NCBI GenBank assembly: GCA_951406725.2
Contig: OX597821.1
Coordinates: 79,856,001-79,920,000, forward strand
DNA from: Octopus vulgaris
Taxonomy: Eukaryota
Reading direction: 5' to 3'
Length of the DNA stretch: 64,000 bases
Shown: piece by piece, positions 1 to 13,571 of the stretch
How the letters are laid out: each line of letters opens with the position of its first letter
How positions within the stretch are numbered: the stretch's first letter is position 1
Notes under the pieces: generated by a model
Told to the model about the DNA's origin: nothing
What the model saw: the letters and a program-made list of their open reading frames with translations, nothing else
Databases searched by the model: none
Program-made: the position numbers and the translations under genes

Positions 1-2
1 AC

Positions 3-542
3 AATGGGTGCTCACCAAAGGATACTAGGGATGAGGAGGGAAAGGCGAACCTTCCGGCCACGGAGGAGACGCACCCTCCCTCAGTTGAAAAGATAAAAAA
101 GAGGAAGAGGAAGAGAAACGGGACATTGCCGGCAGTCGGTGACATAGTACCGGAATGTCCCGGAACTACGCCGGTTGGGGTTGTACCACCGACAGGAGAA
201 GAAACACCGTTGGCGGGAACTGTGCCGCCAATGAAAGAATTGAATATCCCGCCCCCAGGGAAAGACGATGTATCGATCTTCTTCCATAGTGGCGGAGAGA
301 TTGAAAAGGTGATGGAAAAGCACCATAAGGGAGCACCTTCAGCCTTCACACAGGACCCCGAATGGCCTCCGCAGATAGCTGTGGAGGCCACGACGTTCGA
401 CGATACGTTTGAGCTGAAGGAGCTCAATGAGGAACATCGCTTGTTCCCGGGCAACGCTAACACGGAACTCGATGTGGTTTTGGAAGAGGCGTGGAGGATG
501 GCAGAGGATGCGGGCACAAGTTATTTTGAGGATGAGTCATAA
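3..542 (+). CDS. 5'-truncated ORF (open from window edge), Pro/Glu-rich with basic KIKKRKRKR patch; possibly C-terminus of a retroelement ORF1-like protein
   Basis: Frame of track ORF 126..542 is open back to position 3; GC-richer than flanks and non-repetitive; no domain recognised. Confidence 0.4.
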   Translation, partial: NGCSPKDTRDEEGKANLPATEETHPPSVEKIKKRKRKRNGTLPAVGDIVPECPGTTPVGVVPPTGEETPLAGTVPPMKELNIPPPGKDDVSIFFHSGGEIEKVMEKHHKGAPSAFTQDPEWPPQIAVEATTFDDTFELKELNEEHRLFPGNANTELDVVLEEAWRMAEDAGTSYFEDES

Positions 543-1084
543 ATTGTGGCACTGTGTGACACAAACATTTGATAATAGGCACTTCGCTTTCTTTCTGAAC
601 TCCCCGGCTGTCAACGTGGTCTGCTCTGCAGGCGGCTAGATAGTTGACTGGAGGTCCGGAAAGAGGAGGAAGGGAGAAGTGATAATGTATTTTTTATGTT
701 TGATAGGACATGTTTAGATACGACTTGAGGGGCCCCGACCTATAACTGGCGCATTGCCTAAGGGAAGTGTAAGCCATGTCTGGGAGGAGGGGCTTTGTGT
801 ATTGTATTTATATTATATGTAAATATTGAACTATGTTGTTGTTTGTAATGGACTGTTAAGTCTAAAAATTGAAAAGTCGTAAAAGTTGTAAGAGGTTTAA
901 TACCTCGTTTTGTGTTTGGTTTTAAAGAACAATGTTTTAGAGAAGCAGAAGTCGGCGGGCGCTTTTTGTCTTTTCCCATCCTTATCATCTTTCTTTCATT
1001 ATCATTCATTTCATTAATGTCCTCGTCCAGCCGGCAAAGCTATTTTACTCTATGTACTGCCTTCATAGCAAATGTAATGAAATA

Positions 1085-1350
1085 AAGAAACTTGCTTCCC
1101 AACAACATGGTTCCGGGTTCAGTCCCATTGCATGGCACCTTGGTCTTGTGTCTTCTACTGTAGCTACAGGTCAACCAAAGCCTTGTAAATGAAGTTGGTA
1201 GATGGAAACTGAAAGAAGCCCGTCGTATATATTTATGCGTGTGTTTGTGATTGTCCCGCCCACCACTATCGCTTGACAAATGATGCTAGGGTGTTTACGT
1301 CCTCGTAACTTAGCGGTTCGGCAAAAGAGACTTAGCGGTTCGGCAAAACA
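1085..1350 (+). mobile_element. SINE family A, partial
   Basis: Matches head and body of full copies (e.g. 42388-42795); local duplication of CTTAGCGGTTCGGCAAAA. Confidence 0.8.
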
Positions 1351-1467
1351 AGCCCCCACCCGGTCTAGGAATTGAGCTCATGAGGTTATAACTACCTTAC
1401 CACAAGGCGACGTATCTTCAATACACATGTGATAAGTGTATGTAAGTATGTATGTGTCTGTCTGCCT

Positions 1468-1850
<383 letters not shown>

Positions 1851-2018
1851 AAAGAATATATATAAGCATATATACATACGTATATGTACATACTTACATC
1901 TATACGTATATATCAGGTGGTGCTATTAAGTTAGACATGGCCTGGACCAATCTTTGGTCCAAACATATTTAAGTTTATCTAAGTTTATACTTATATGCAT
2001 ATATTTGTCTGTGTGCTC

Positions 2019-2064
<46 letters not shown>

Positions 2065-4216
2065 CGTTTTGTTTTGAGAAGTCTGCTAACTTCATCCAAA
2101 ATACTTGAAAACTTTCTCCTTCTGTGACCAATGAGTAAATGTAAATCTACAGGCATTGTATGTATATCTCGAACATAGATTCATCGTTTAGAGTATAATC
2201 TACGTGCTATGTTATTGCTTTTATGTTTAAACTAAAAGAATGGCCTTCTTTTACATGAAGTACGACTAACTGTATAATCCGAATAAGTTTCGCTTCTGTT
2301 GAGTGCATCTTTAAGCCAACGTGTGCGGTAAAAGTGGCATGGTGTGACGGATTATGTCAGAAATGACTATAGTTAGATCGATCACAGTAAATAGTGAATG
2401 GTGGTTGCAATGATGAATTAGGCAAGGGGCGAGGTAGAGGAAGAAGGTAAGAGGGAGAAGAGGAGATAGAAAGAAAGAAAGCGAGAAACAGCATGTGTCT
2501 TATGAATAAGAGGGATCTAGGTTGAAAGGTTGAGAACAGCCAATAAAAGAGAGAAGTTCGTATCTGCCGTGTAGACAAAATGAAATAATTTATAAAGGAA
2601 TGTTGCCGCTATGGGACCATTTCGGCAGACAAAAATTTGAAGGGAAGTTTGAGTCAGCATGTGACTCAACAGAGCAGATACACAACTCTTAAGTGCCGTT
2701 TCCCTATCAAAACTACAGCTAGAGCAAGATAAAAGAAAGGCATATACATTATGGCATATCTATACAATTCTAGATAGAAGGTTTTTGCATCTATATACGT
2801 TTAATAATGTAGACTGTCGACAGGGAGATATGTAAATGGCTAGATGTTGTGAATAAGCTATTAGAGCCTTGTTACTGCAGTTTTGTGTAAGCACTCGATT
2901 CCGTTCGTTTCCATACAATTACATTACCGCCCCGTCATCACAACAACCACTCAAACACCACCAGTACCACGACGACCACGATGACCACGGCCACCATCGT
3001 CACCAATACTATTATTACCAATAGAAAAACATTGAATCTCTATGTGGCTGCTGGACTTGCGAAAATTAACAACTAAATCTCCCTCGTATCACACCCTTTT
3101 GTCTTCAATAAAATCTACGACACTTTGGATAATTACGTAGTCTTAATTGGTCATATCTGGAATGCATTTGATCAATGAATATACAGGATTACTGCTGATC
3201 TGGGGGGGGGGGGGTAAATAACAACGGCACAGCTGCAGTTGCACCAGAAATAACAGCAGGAACAGCAGCATTTGCAAAAGCTCAACAACGAGTCAACGAT
3301 GAAACACTACGCGGTCATTCTATCTGCTAGAAACAATAGCCAAATATATACATATACACAAACACATGCAAAACCATACACAAATATATATTCATTAGCA
3401 ACATATACATGTGTGTGTGTATGTGTGTGTACACACATATTCATACACATAAACGCACATATATACACATATATCTATACGTGGAAATAAAAAAATAAAC
3501 ATGCAAGCGTGTATACACACCTGCTTACATATATATATACAGGTTGACAAATTAGGTGTTACAAAAGAGGTAAACCGCAATATAGACGGAAATAAAGGAC
3601 TATATTTATATAAATGATTCACACACTGGACTTCAAGTTTGCGTGTCAGCGATACGATGATCCTCGACACAGAAACTTGAAGTCCTGTGTGTGAGCAGCC
3701 ATAACTTATCATTCAATATATATATTGAACAACCGAATAACCAGTTAGATGATTTGTTTATAGTCATCAAATGTTGTGTACACGTAAGCTCACTCCCTCC
3801 ATCAATTCGACATTACAGGTGCACCGTGCGTCACGTGTCAGATAACGAAATGATCGCAGAACAGCGTGGAATGAAGTGCTTTGCTCAAGAACGCAACGCA
3901 ACACCCGGTCTGGGAATCGAACCTACGATCTCGCAATCATGAGTGCAACACCTTAACCACTAAACCATGCGCCTTCCTATACATACATACATACATACAT
4001 ACATACATAAATGTGTGTGTGTGTGTGTTTTCGGTGTTTACAAATAACATGGCAAAACTAAATAAATAGTTACCAGGGTAGCAAAAATTCCCACAAGTAC
4101 CAAGGATGTAACAGCCTACTTCTAGTGGTAGAAACTCCAGGTTTAGGTGAAATGTTTTTTCAATAATATAGATAAATAAATAAGTGGAGTTAAATGCAGG
4201 TGTTATTTAAATCTTT

Positions 4217-4310
4217 TTACTTTCGACATATGTTTCGAAGAAAACATTGATGTTATTCCAGAAGGAATAAAATAGTGTAAAACAATTCAATCTTCTCATC
4301 AGGAAAAGAA
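4217..4310 (-). ncRNA. Type I hammerhead ribozyme, Penelope-associated type
   Basis: Minus strand reads UUUC-CUGAUGA-GAAGA...UCUUC-GAAA-CAUAU-GUC-GAAA: intact core, 5-bp stem II base, palindromic stem III (ACAUAUGU), GUC triplet, 4-bp stem I. Confidence 0.75.
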
Positions 4311-4566
4311 AGAAACCAAACACATCAATAAGATATTTCAACAGAATGTGATGACTGCGTATATGATGAGAAGAAGGCTAGCAAGTTTTTTAAAAAACCG
4401 TTCGTAGATACTACGTCAAAAGTAGTTTGTAGAAAGGGAAGGAGGAAGAGAAAGAAAGAAAGAAATTGATAGAAAACAAATAGTAGAGAGATATAGAGCG
4501 AAAGGTGAATTAGAATAAAGCTTAAAGACATGGAAGTAGATATATTTAGTGGAAGTTTAACTCCAT

Positions 4567-4636
<70 letters not shown>

Positions 4637-5359
4637 GCCTATCTGTATGCATGTATGTACATGCATAAATATGTGGGGGCATCTACATGCATACATACAA
4701 ATGTTGATGCATATATATGTGCGTACGTGCATGCATGTGTCAATGTATGCAGGTATGTATACAGTTAGCTGCATATTGATATGTGCAGGTACATAAACAT
4801 ACACAGGCGCGCGCATACACACTCATATCGGATCCGTTCATAGTTCACGCCTTCGCTACTCAGTGATCCTCGATCAAATTATACAAGTTGAACTGAACTG
4901 TAAACAAGTGATGTATTTAAAGGATATCTGTTACACAGATTCTTATTTCTCTATACTGGTTAGTTGGTTGTTAGTTTCTCACGTAATATGGCTACTGATA
5001 GCGTTGATTACTTCAGGGTAAGGGAAAGTGCTCATACCTGAGTAGTGGTTATAAAAGAATAGCTGTACTGCAGTATTTAGAACATATCGAATGTCTAAGA
5101 GCAGTAATTATTCAGAAGGAATTGTCTCTTAACATGGTATATAGTACTTACAATCATTTGTCCGGCGGATTTCGAATACCTCTGTGGAGCAAAGCCTGCA
5201 GCTATGGATGAGGTGGCTACGTCCATAATATTTCATTTCAATGGTTTTCAAAAGAATCAGGGCGATGAAGGAATGTTTTCGTTGTCATTTGATATGAATT
5301 GGTGTAAATATTAACATAGGTGTGCATATTTTCAGCACAACCGACCACATAGTGCACAC

Positions 5360-5411
<52 letters not shown>

Positions 5412-6274
5412 TGTGTGTGTGTGTATACGCATTATATATACAAATGTATACAAATTATATATATATATATATAAATTAAATTAGAGATAAAACCACTATT
5501 ACGCAAATCAAACAGTGAAAAACATAAACCAGAACATAAAAATAAAAATATAATATACAAAATATATAAAATATAAAATTTAAAAATTTAAATTATTTAA
5601 ATTTAAAATTAAAATTATTAATTTATATTTATAATTTTTAAAAATATATATATAACTATCAAAAAGTATTAAAAAGTTTTATATACATAAATACAGATAT
5701 ATACACTTTGTATATATACATTATGTATACATATTTATATATAGAACACATACACACACATATATAAATTAACCCAATAAATATGTGATTCATAACATTT
5801 GTTCTCATGATTGAGTGGTGTTGCTGGCGATGATAATTCTCTCTATGAATGCAGACAGACGTAGAGAGAGAGAGTGTGTGTGAAAGCGCTGTCGAAGGCG
5901 GGGAGGGCGGGGAGATATAGGACGCTGTGAAACGACGTTATAAAGACAAAGTGAAGGGAAGGGAGTTAGACGCTGTGAAACGACGTTATATAAAGAAAGT
6001 GAAAGGAAGGGAGGAAAGAGAGTGAGTGATGGAGGAAGACAGATATATAAAAGAATGAGAGTAGACTTGTCAAAGTGCGCTTTTGGCCCTAACAACGACA
6101 CCTTTTAAGATGTGGATTTCTAACCTAGCCCACTCGCAACCTCACCTCATTTTACATGTCCCTGTAAATTTTGGAGTCAATCCGACGGGATCTAGTGGCC
6201 TTTAACCTGTTCTCAATGCCAAAACCAGACAAACAAACAAACTTTTCGCATTTCAGAATTATAATATATATATA

Positions 6275-6486
6275 TTGTAGTAACCCCCCCACAAAAAAAA
6301 GAACAGAAAAAGAACAAACACAAAAAAAAACAACAACGCGAAGACGTGGTACACGTAAAGTATTAGCAGACGCTCAGGGAAGGAAAGATAGTTTAACGTT
6401 TCGACCAACGCTCTTCAGAAACAGAGGAAAGTCCAATAGAAAGGAAGGCGGAAGAAGAAAATCGCCAACGATTCACATGTGGTTAC
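6275..6486 (-). mobile_element. Short Penelope-LTR-like repeat (family E) carrying a minimal hammerhead
   Basis: Similar to 20345-20440, 28943-29146 and 32526-32712; bounded by TA-rich sequence. Confidence 0.65.
6391..6422 (-). ncRNA. Minimal type I hammerhead ribozyme
   Basis: GUUU-CUGAAGA-GCGUUGGUC-GAAA-C-GUU-AAAC: stem I GUUU/AAAC, about 1-bp stem II, palindromic ACGU stem III as in dimer-cleaving PLE hammerheads. Confidence 0.6.
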
Positions 6487-6539
6487 AATATATATGTATA
6501 TTTACATGTATGTGAATATATAAGTATGTATGTATGTGT

Positions 6540-6581
<42 letters not shown>

Positions 6582-6947
6582 AAATGTGCATATCTTACGT
6601 CGATATAAGTAGAAGAAAGATGTAAACCGCAAGAAAACCGTAGGAAAAAAGCATTCTTTAATAAAAAGAAATATCCTAAGCGGCATTTGTACAGCCCGGC
6701 TACAGATTCTCCCTTGTCACTCAGGTAGTGAACAAGTGATTGGTCTACTGGAAACCTGTAACGAATAATGCTAATATTCACTATTTGCACTATAAAAAAA
6801 AAAGACCAAAGATAATGCAGTCACAAAGTTTCAGGTTCAATCTCACCGTGCAGCACCTTGGGCAAGTGACTTCTTGCATATCCCCGGGCTAACCAATGCT
6901 TTATCAATAGATTTGATAGGCGGAAACTGTGTGGAAGTCCGTCGTAT

Positions 6948-6989
<42 letters not shown>

Positions 6990-8020
6990 TATTCATGTAT
7001 TTATTTGTTTGTGTATTTATTTCTTCTTCTTTCAGAAATTAAATAAATTATATAATGTTAACCTCACTCAGTACATCGAGTGTTTCTCTTTCTGGTACAA
7101 ATGTTTGCCATATTTCAACTCGCTGTGTTTTTCATTAAATATTTTTCTTCGTTATTTTCTTAATTAAACATCATGTAATAATTGTGCAGATACGCAAACA
7201 TATGCACTTAGACTTCCCCCCCACACACACACCTACACATGTATATGTATATAGCTATATAATATTACATTACCTATATACAAACATTCGTAAACGGTAC
7301 AATTTTTTAGATACACCCATGTTTATAAACTCCCACAGAAAATGGTACATATTTTAAACTCAGTATAATTATTATGGTATTTAAAAAAACATGCTAAATT
7401 ATATAATGAACTCTAAACTTTATAAGAACGTGGCAAATGAAATATTGTAATATTTATTCCATTCTTAAAAGCACTGGAGATATTCTTTAAGTGGTCTTGA
7501 TAGGGAATCCCGATAGTGAGATGGCGAATTGGCTTGGCTAAAGACGTTATACTTGTACCTCTATCATCCACCCCCGTCATCTTACCCCACCGCTAAATGT
7601 TATAACATATTATCTAACAAAAACTGACAAAATTGTGATAATTGAACGACAACCTCTCACGAGCTGGGCAGAATAAATTATCCCAAGAAAATAAATTAGC
7701 TGGAGAGAATAAATTACTTGGCAGGAATAAATTAGCTGGAGAGAATAAATTAGCCGAAGATAATAATTTAAATAACAATTAGCTGCTGCAGTATCTATGT
7801 CTGTGTGTAGCGTTACGTTCTAATTTATTCTACTTGAATATATCTTCAAGTTCCTTTGCTGAGAAGGCTCTCGTAATTAACCATGAAAAATATTTGCTCC
7901 GTCTACAGTGATGCGTTCGTTATGTAGAACGGATTGATAACTTATTCTTATTCCATTATCAGAAAAATATCCCTTCATAATTTCATTACCAATTACTGGT
8001 ATATTGGTAGAATGCGGTTA

Positions 8021-8475
8021 TGGAGGCGCAATGGCCCAGTGGATAGGGCAGTGGACTAGCGGTCGTAGGATCGCGGTTTCGATTCCCAGACTGGACATTG
8101 TGAGTGTTTATTGAGCGAAAACACCTAAAGCTCCACGAGGCTCCGGCAGGGGTTGGTGGTGAACCCTGCTACACTCTTTCACTACAACTTTCTCTCACTC
8201 TTTCTTTCTGTTTCTGTTGTACCTGTATTTCAGTTAAGGGTACACGTGTCTGTGGAGTGCTTTGCTACTTGCACGTTAATAAATGAGCTGCGACGTCACT
8301 GGTGCCAAGATGTATCGGCCTTTCTCTTTCCCTTGGATAACATCGGTGGTGTGGAGAGGGGAATCTGGTATGCGTGGGCGACTGCTGGTCTTCCATAAAC
8401 AACCTTGCCCAGACTTGTGCCTCGGAGGGTAACTTTCTAGGTACAATCCCATGGTCATTCATGACCGAAGGGGGT
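8021..8475 (+). mobile_element. Chimeric SINE: family B head and body joined to family C tail
   Basis: tRNA-like A box (TGGCCCAGTGG) and B box (GTTTCGATTCC); 8021-8280 matches 28524-28907, 8281-8475 matches 15100-15300. Confidence 0.8.
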
Positions 8476-8715
8476 AGAATACGGTTGTGGGACATGTGTG
8501 ATGGCTGAATGAAAATAGCCCTGCGAAACAGGGCATCGAACATGAGTAAAATAAAAACATTACTGGCGAGCTAATTGAAACAAAAAAAAAAAGACAAATT
8601 TAAAAAATACAATTAACCCTCGTCATAACATATAGTTATCTAGGGAGTGCCGTCATCCTATTGGAGCATCACTGAAAAACTAGACTGAAATAGTGATTCA
8701 ATGGAAAATTGATTT

Positions 8716-8929
8716 CACATCTTGGCACAAGGCCAGTAATTTTAGAGAAAGGATCAAGTCTTCATTGATAAAATATGTGCCAGTTGAGCATTGATCATAT
8801 TTTATCGACCCTGAAAGTATAAAAGTCAAAGTAGACCGCGGTGGAATTTGAATTCAGAACGTAAAGACAGATGAAAAGCCATTAAGTGTTTGGCCCAGTT
8901 TGCTGACAATTCTGCCAGCTCGCCGCCTT
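8716..8929 (-). mobile_element. SINE family D, diverged monomer
   Basis: Reverse-complement similarity to 62720-63332. Confidence 0.7.
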
Positions 8930-9057
8930 GATTCTAGAGAATATTACATTCGAGTAGTGTCCCATTGATACCAATATAATTCCAAGGCCTTGTTAAACTA
9001 TAGTATTCAGTGACATATAAATATGAAATTTGCTGACCTACATACTTTATATAGGCC

Positions 9058-9211
<154 letters not shown>

Positions 9212-9214
9212 ACG

Positions 9215-9610
9215 ATTTCAAATTTTTGCCACAAGGACAGCTTGGGGGAGGGGATTAAGTCGATTACATCGACCCCAGTGCGTAACTGGTACTTATTCAA
9301 TCGATCCCGTAAGGATGGAAAGCAAAGTCGAACGCATGGAAATTTGAACTCGGAACGTAGCGACGAGCGAAATACCCATTTCTTTACTACTCACAAGGGG
9401 CTAAACACAGAGAGGAAAAAACAAGGACAGACAAACAGATTAAGTCGATTATATCGACCCCAGTGCGTAACTGGTACTTATTTAATCGACCCCGAAAGGA
9501 TGAAAGGCAAAGTCGACCTCGGCGGAATTTGAACTCAGAACGTAGCGGCAGACGAAATACCGCTAGGCATTTCGCCCGGCATGCTAAAGGTTCTGCCTGC
9601 TCACTGCTTT
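9215..9610 (-). mobile_element. SINE family D, dimeric
   Basis: Two copies of the GACCCCAGTGCGTAACTGGTACTTA...TTTGAACTC module. Confidence 0.8.
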
Positions 9611-9614
9611 AATA

Positions 9615-9705
<91 letters not shown>

Positions 9706-9724
9706 TAAAAATAACAATAAAAAA

Positions 9725-10046
9725 AAACTGGTGGGAACACAAACCACCCCCAGTGCTTGAAAATGACCACTTTCACTCCTCTAGAATTTCACCATTCAAA
9801 CTGACAGAAATATAGATGCAAATAGGCCAGACATCATATTGAAAAACTTCAAACAAAGAACATGCCTCCTCATTGATATGACTGTCCCAATCGATATAAA
9901 CGTATCTGTCAAGACCTACCAAAAACTGAGCAATTAGAAAGATCTTGAAATAGAAATCAGCAAAATGTGGAACCTGAAGACTAAAACAATACCTGTTGTC
10001 ATAGGTGCCCTGGGAATGATAGCAAAAGGGGCTGATTGCTACTTAA
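9725..10046 (+). mobile_element. R4/Dong-type non-LTR retrotransposon fragment (restriction-like endonuclease), pseudogenised
   Basis: Translates to WWEHKPPPVLEN / IQTDRNIDANRPDIILK...LLIDMTVP...KL..*KDLEIEISKMWNLKTKTIPVVIGALG (PD..D..K motif); frameshift and stop; follows (TAA)n. Confidence 0.8.
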
Positions 10047-10143
10047 AGTCGACCTCAACGGAATTTGAACTCAGAACGTAGAGACAGACGAAATGCCGCT
10101 AAACATTTCGTCCAGCATGCTAACGATTCTGCCAATAACAATA

Positions 10144-10176
<33 letters not shown>

Positions 10177-10492
10177 AAAAAAAAACTTACTCATATATGT
10201 CATATAAGGCATGTATCTATATGATGCCATGAAATATGATTCAATGACTTATAACCTAAGAAATTCAATTATCTATACCTTTATAATTCAATGGCCTATA
10301 CACATGTACAATGCCGATACAATTTTATGATATAATACCCAATACTTATTCAATTTCATAGATAAATATCCCAACAGCATTCATTGAATTGCTAGGCAGA
10401 CCGTAATCAACCCATGGATGGCTCCTAAAGGGAAGAGCATCATTAATTCCCAAACGCAAAATCACCAGACAACATTCATACATATATCTCTA

Positions 10493-10981
10493 ATTCTTTT
10501 CTATTCTAGGCACAAGGCCCGAAATTTTTGGGGAGGGGAGCCAGTTGATTAGATCGATCCCAGTACACAACTGGTACTTAATTTATCAACCCCGAAAGGA
10601 TGAAAGACAAAGTCGATCTCGCCGGAATTTGAACTCAGAACGTAGCGGCAGACGAAATACCGCTGAGCATTTCGCCCGGCGTGCTAACGCTTCTGCCAGC
10701 TCCCGACTTTACTACTACTACTACTACTACCACCACCACCACCACCACTACTACTACTACTACTAGTTTCAAATTTTGGCACAAGGCCAGCAAATTCAGG
10801 AGAAGGTGGGGAGATAGTCGATTGCATCGACCCAAATAGTCAACTGGTACTTATTTTAACGACCCCGAAAAATGAAAGGCAAAGTCAATCTTGGCAGAAT
10901 TTGAACTAACAACGTAAAGCCGGAAGAAATGCCACTAAGCATTTCGTCCGGCGTGCTAACGATTTTGCCAACTCGCCGCCT
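10493..10981 (-). mobile_element. Two SINE family D monomers separated by (CTA)n/(CAC)n
   Basis: 10493-10710 and 10766-10981 each match the family D head and tail. Confidence 0.8.
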
Positions 10982-11349
10982 AAATAATAACAACAAGAAC
11001 AACAACAATAATAATGTCAATTACAACAACAACGACAAGAAGTCATGTTGATTGTGTGTTTGTATAACACATTTTCCAAAATGTGTTTATATAACACATT
11101 TTAAATGTTACATGCCGCTTGTTGACGATGATGTTGTTGTTACTGTCGTTTAACGTGAATTTGTCCTTAATTGAGCAGACCTATGATCACAGATATTCCA
11201 ACCGTGACAGTCATGCCTTATTCTTATGTACAAAGGACACAGGGCCAATTATCCAACGTGTACTTTTTAACACGGTAGTGATTTGAAGGGGATTTGGCTA
11301 CTGTGTATGTATATATGTATGTATGTATCTGTCTGTCTGTCTGTCTGTC

Positions 11350-11409
<60 letters not shown>

Positions 11410-11410
11410 A

Positions 11411-11515
<105 letters not shown>

Positions 11516-11695
11516 GATACACATCCCTAAATTCATATGTATAGCAGTGTAATTCTGAGTGCCATGTGAAACAGACAGATATACAACAACCATTACACAC
11601 AAAACTGATTACAGAGAGCATGAACGTTACAACTTCCCAACGTCTAATGTCTGACGCTATTTTTCATTTTTAGAAAAAATATACTTACATATACA

Positions 11696-12205
11696 TACAT
11701 ATGCTACTGGGAAAGACTCAAGAGATTAAAACTCTATTCCTTAGAGCGTAGGCGAGAAAGATATGCCATAATATACATCTGGAAGATCCTGGAAGGACTT
11801 GTCCCAAACTTTGGCATCGAGAGTTACACAAATGCCAGAACTGGACGCCACTGCGTGGTGCCAAGGACTTCAAATTTGCCATCAAGATGTAGGACAAGAT
11901 ACTGTGATAGCCTGGGCTTCAGAGGCCCACAGCTCTTCAATATCCTCCCGAAGAACCTGAGGGACCTGCATGGGGTGGATGCAGATGTCTTTAAAGTAGG
12001 ACTGGATCTCTTCCTGTCAGGTGTCCCGGATGAACCAACTTCACGGCAGGAGGTGCAGATGAGGGCAGCTGCATCGAACTCTCTCATGCACCAAATGGCA
12101 GTTGCTAAAAAGCATTCGTGAAGTAAAATCATGTAGCAACACCAAATGGCGGTGCCCCAGCATGGCCACAGCTCGTGAGCTGAAACTAGATAAAATAAAA
12201 AAGAA
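11696..12205 (+). mobile_element. 3' end of a CR1-group LINE (family L-b): ORF2 C-terminus and 3' UTR
   Basis: Open frame 11702-12121: CYWERLKRLKLYSLERRRERYAIIYIWKILEGLVPN...GPQLFNILPKNLR...FKVGLDLFLSGVPDEP; short UTR and A-rich tail. Confidence 0.85.
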
Positions 12206-12261
12206 AATAACAATGTGTGTGTTTGTGTGTGTTTGTGTGTGTGTGGTAGGTATGTTTATAT

Positions 12262-12457
12262 ACTCTTTTACTCTTTTAATTGTTTCAATCATTTGACTGT
12301 GGCCATGCTGGAGCACCGCCTTTAGTCGAGCAAATCGACTCCAGGATTTATTCTTTGTAAGCCTAGATCTTATTCTATCGGCCACTTTTGCCGAACCGCT
12401 AAGTCACGGGGACGTAAGCATACCTGCATCGGTTGTGAAGCGATGTTGGGGGGACAA

Positions 12458-12492
<35 letters not shown>

Positions 12493-12669
12493 CATATACA
12501 TATATACGACGGGCTTCTTTTCAGTTTCCGTCTACCAAATCCACTCACAAGGCTTTGGTCGGCCCGAGGCTATAGTAGAGACACTTGCCCAAAGTGCCAC
12601 GCAGTGGGACTGAACCCGGAACCATGTTGTTGATAAGCTAGCTACTTATCACACAGCCACTCCTACGCC
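12262..12669 (-). mobile_element. SINE family A, full length
   Basis: tRNA-like head, internal (TA)n/(TG)n, tail GGCGGTGCTCCAGCATGGCC with (AAAGAGT)-type repeats. Confidence 0.9.
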
Positions 12670-12711
12670 TATAAGTATATTTTTATATGCACATATGACT
12701 GTATGCTGTGA

Positions 12712-13128
12712 TAGACATCTGGAAAATCCTGGAATGAGTTGTACGAAACATTTTTATTGAAAATTACAGAAACAGAGGTGGGTGCCACTGCAGGGTACCA
12801 AAGACCCCAACATTGCAATCAAGATACAGAACCAGACATGCATAACTTGGGTTTCAAGGTCCCATAGCTCCCCAATATCCATCACTAAAAGCCTGACAGG
12901 CCTACATGGAGTGGGTGTAGGTGTCTTGAAAGCAAAATTGGATCTCCTCCTGTCAAGAGTTCTTGATGAACCCACTTCACAGCAGGAAACACAGATGAAG
13001 GCAACAATGTCAAACTTCCTCATTCACCAAATGCTGCATGTCAGAAAAGGTCTCAAGCAGTGAAAGTGTAGCAAGGCTAACGGCATGTCCCAGCACGTTC
13101 ACAGCTCACAAGTTGAAAATAATAAAAG
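12712..13128 (+). mobile_element. Degenerate second 3' fragment of LINE family L-b
   Basis: IWKIL...[39 protein letters not shown] aligns to 11780-12121. Confidence 0.75.
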
Positions 13129-13147
13129 TATATATATACATACATCT

Positions 13148-13491
13148 GTATGTATGTATGTATGTATGTATGTATGTATGTATGTATGTATGTATGCATG
13201 TATGTATGTATGTATGCATGTATGTGTGTATGTATGTATGTATGTATGTATGTATGTATGTATGTATGTATGTATACATGTATGTATGTATGTATGTATG
13301 TATGTGTGTATGCATGTATGTATGTATGTATGTATGTATGTATGTATGTATGTATGTATGTATACATGCATGTATGTATCTATCTGTCTGTCTGTTTGTC
13401 TGTCTGTATCGATCTACCTCTCTATCAATCTATCTACATACATACGTACGTGCTTACCTACCTACTTATCTATCTATCTATAAATCTATCA

Positions 13492-13571
<80 letters not shown>

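Noticed and set aside
950-1045. TCCTCGT motif with GTCGGC/GCCGGC pairing suggesting an HDV-like ribozyme
   Set aside because: P3, P1.1 and P4 cannot be formed.
2275-2320. Hammerhead-like layout on the minus strand (UUAAAGA-UGC...GC-GAAAC) beside a GA-rich tract
   Set aside because: Core has two or more mismatches and stems I and III are unconvincing; at best a decayed relic.
8021-8095. tRNA-like sequences at SINE heads
   Set aside because: No complete cloverleaf and they continue into SINE bodies; not tRNA genes.
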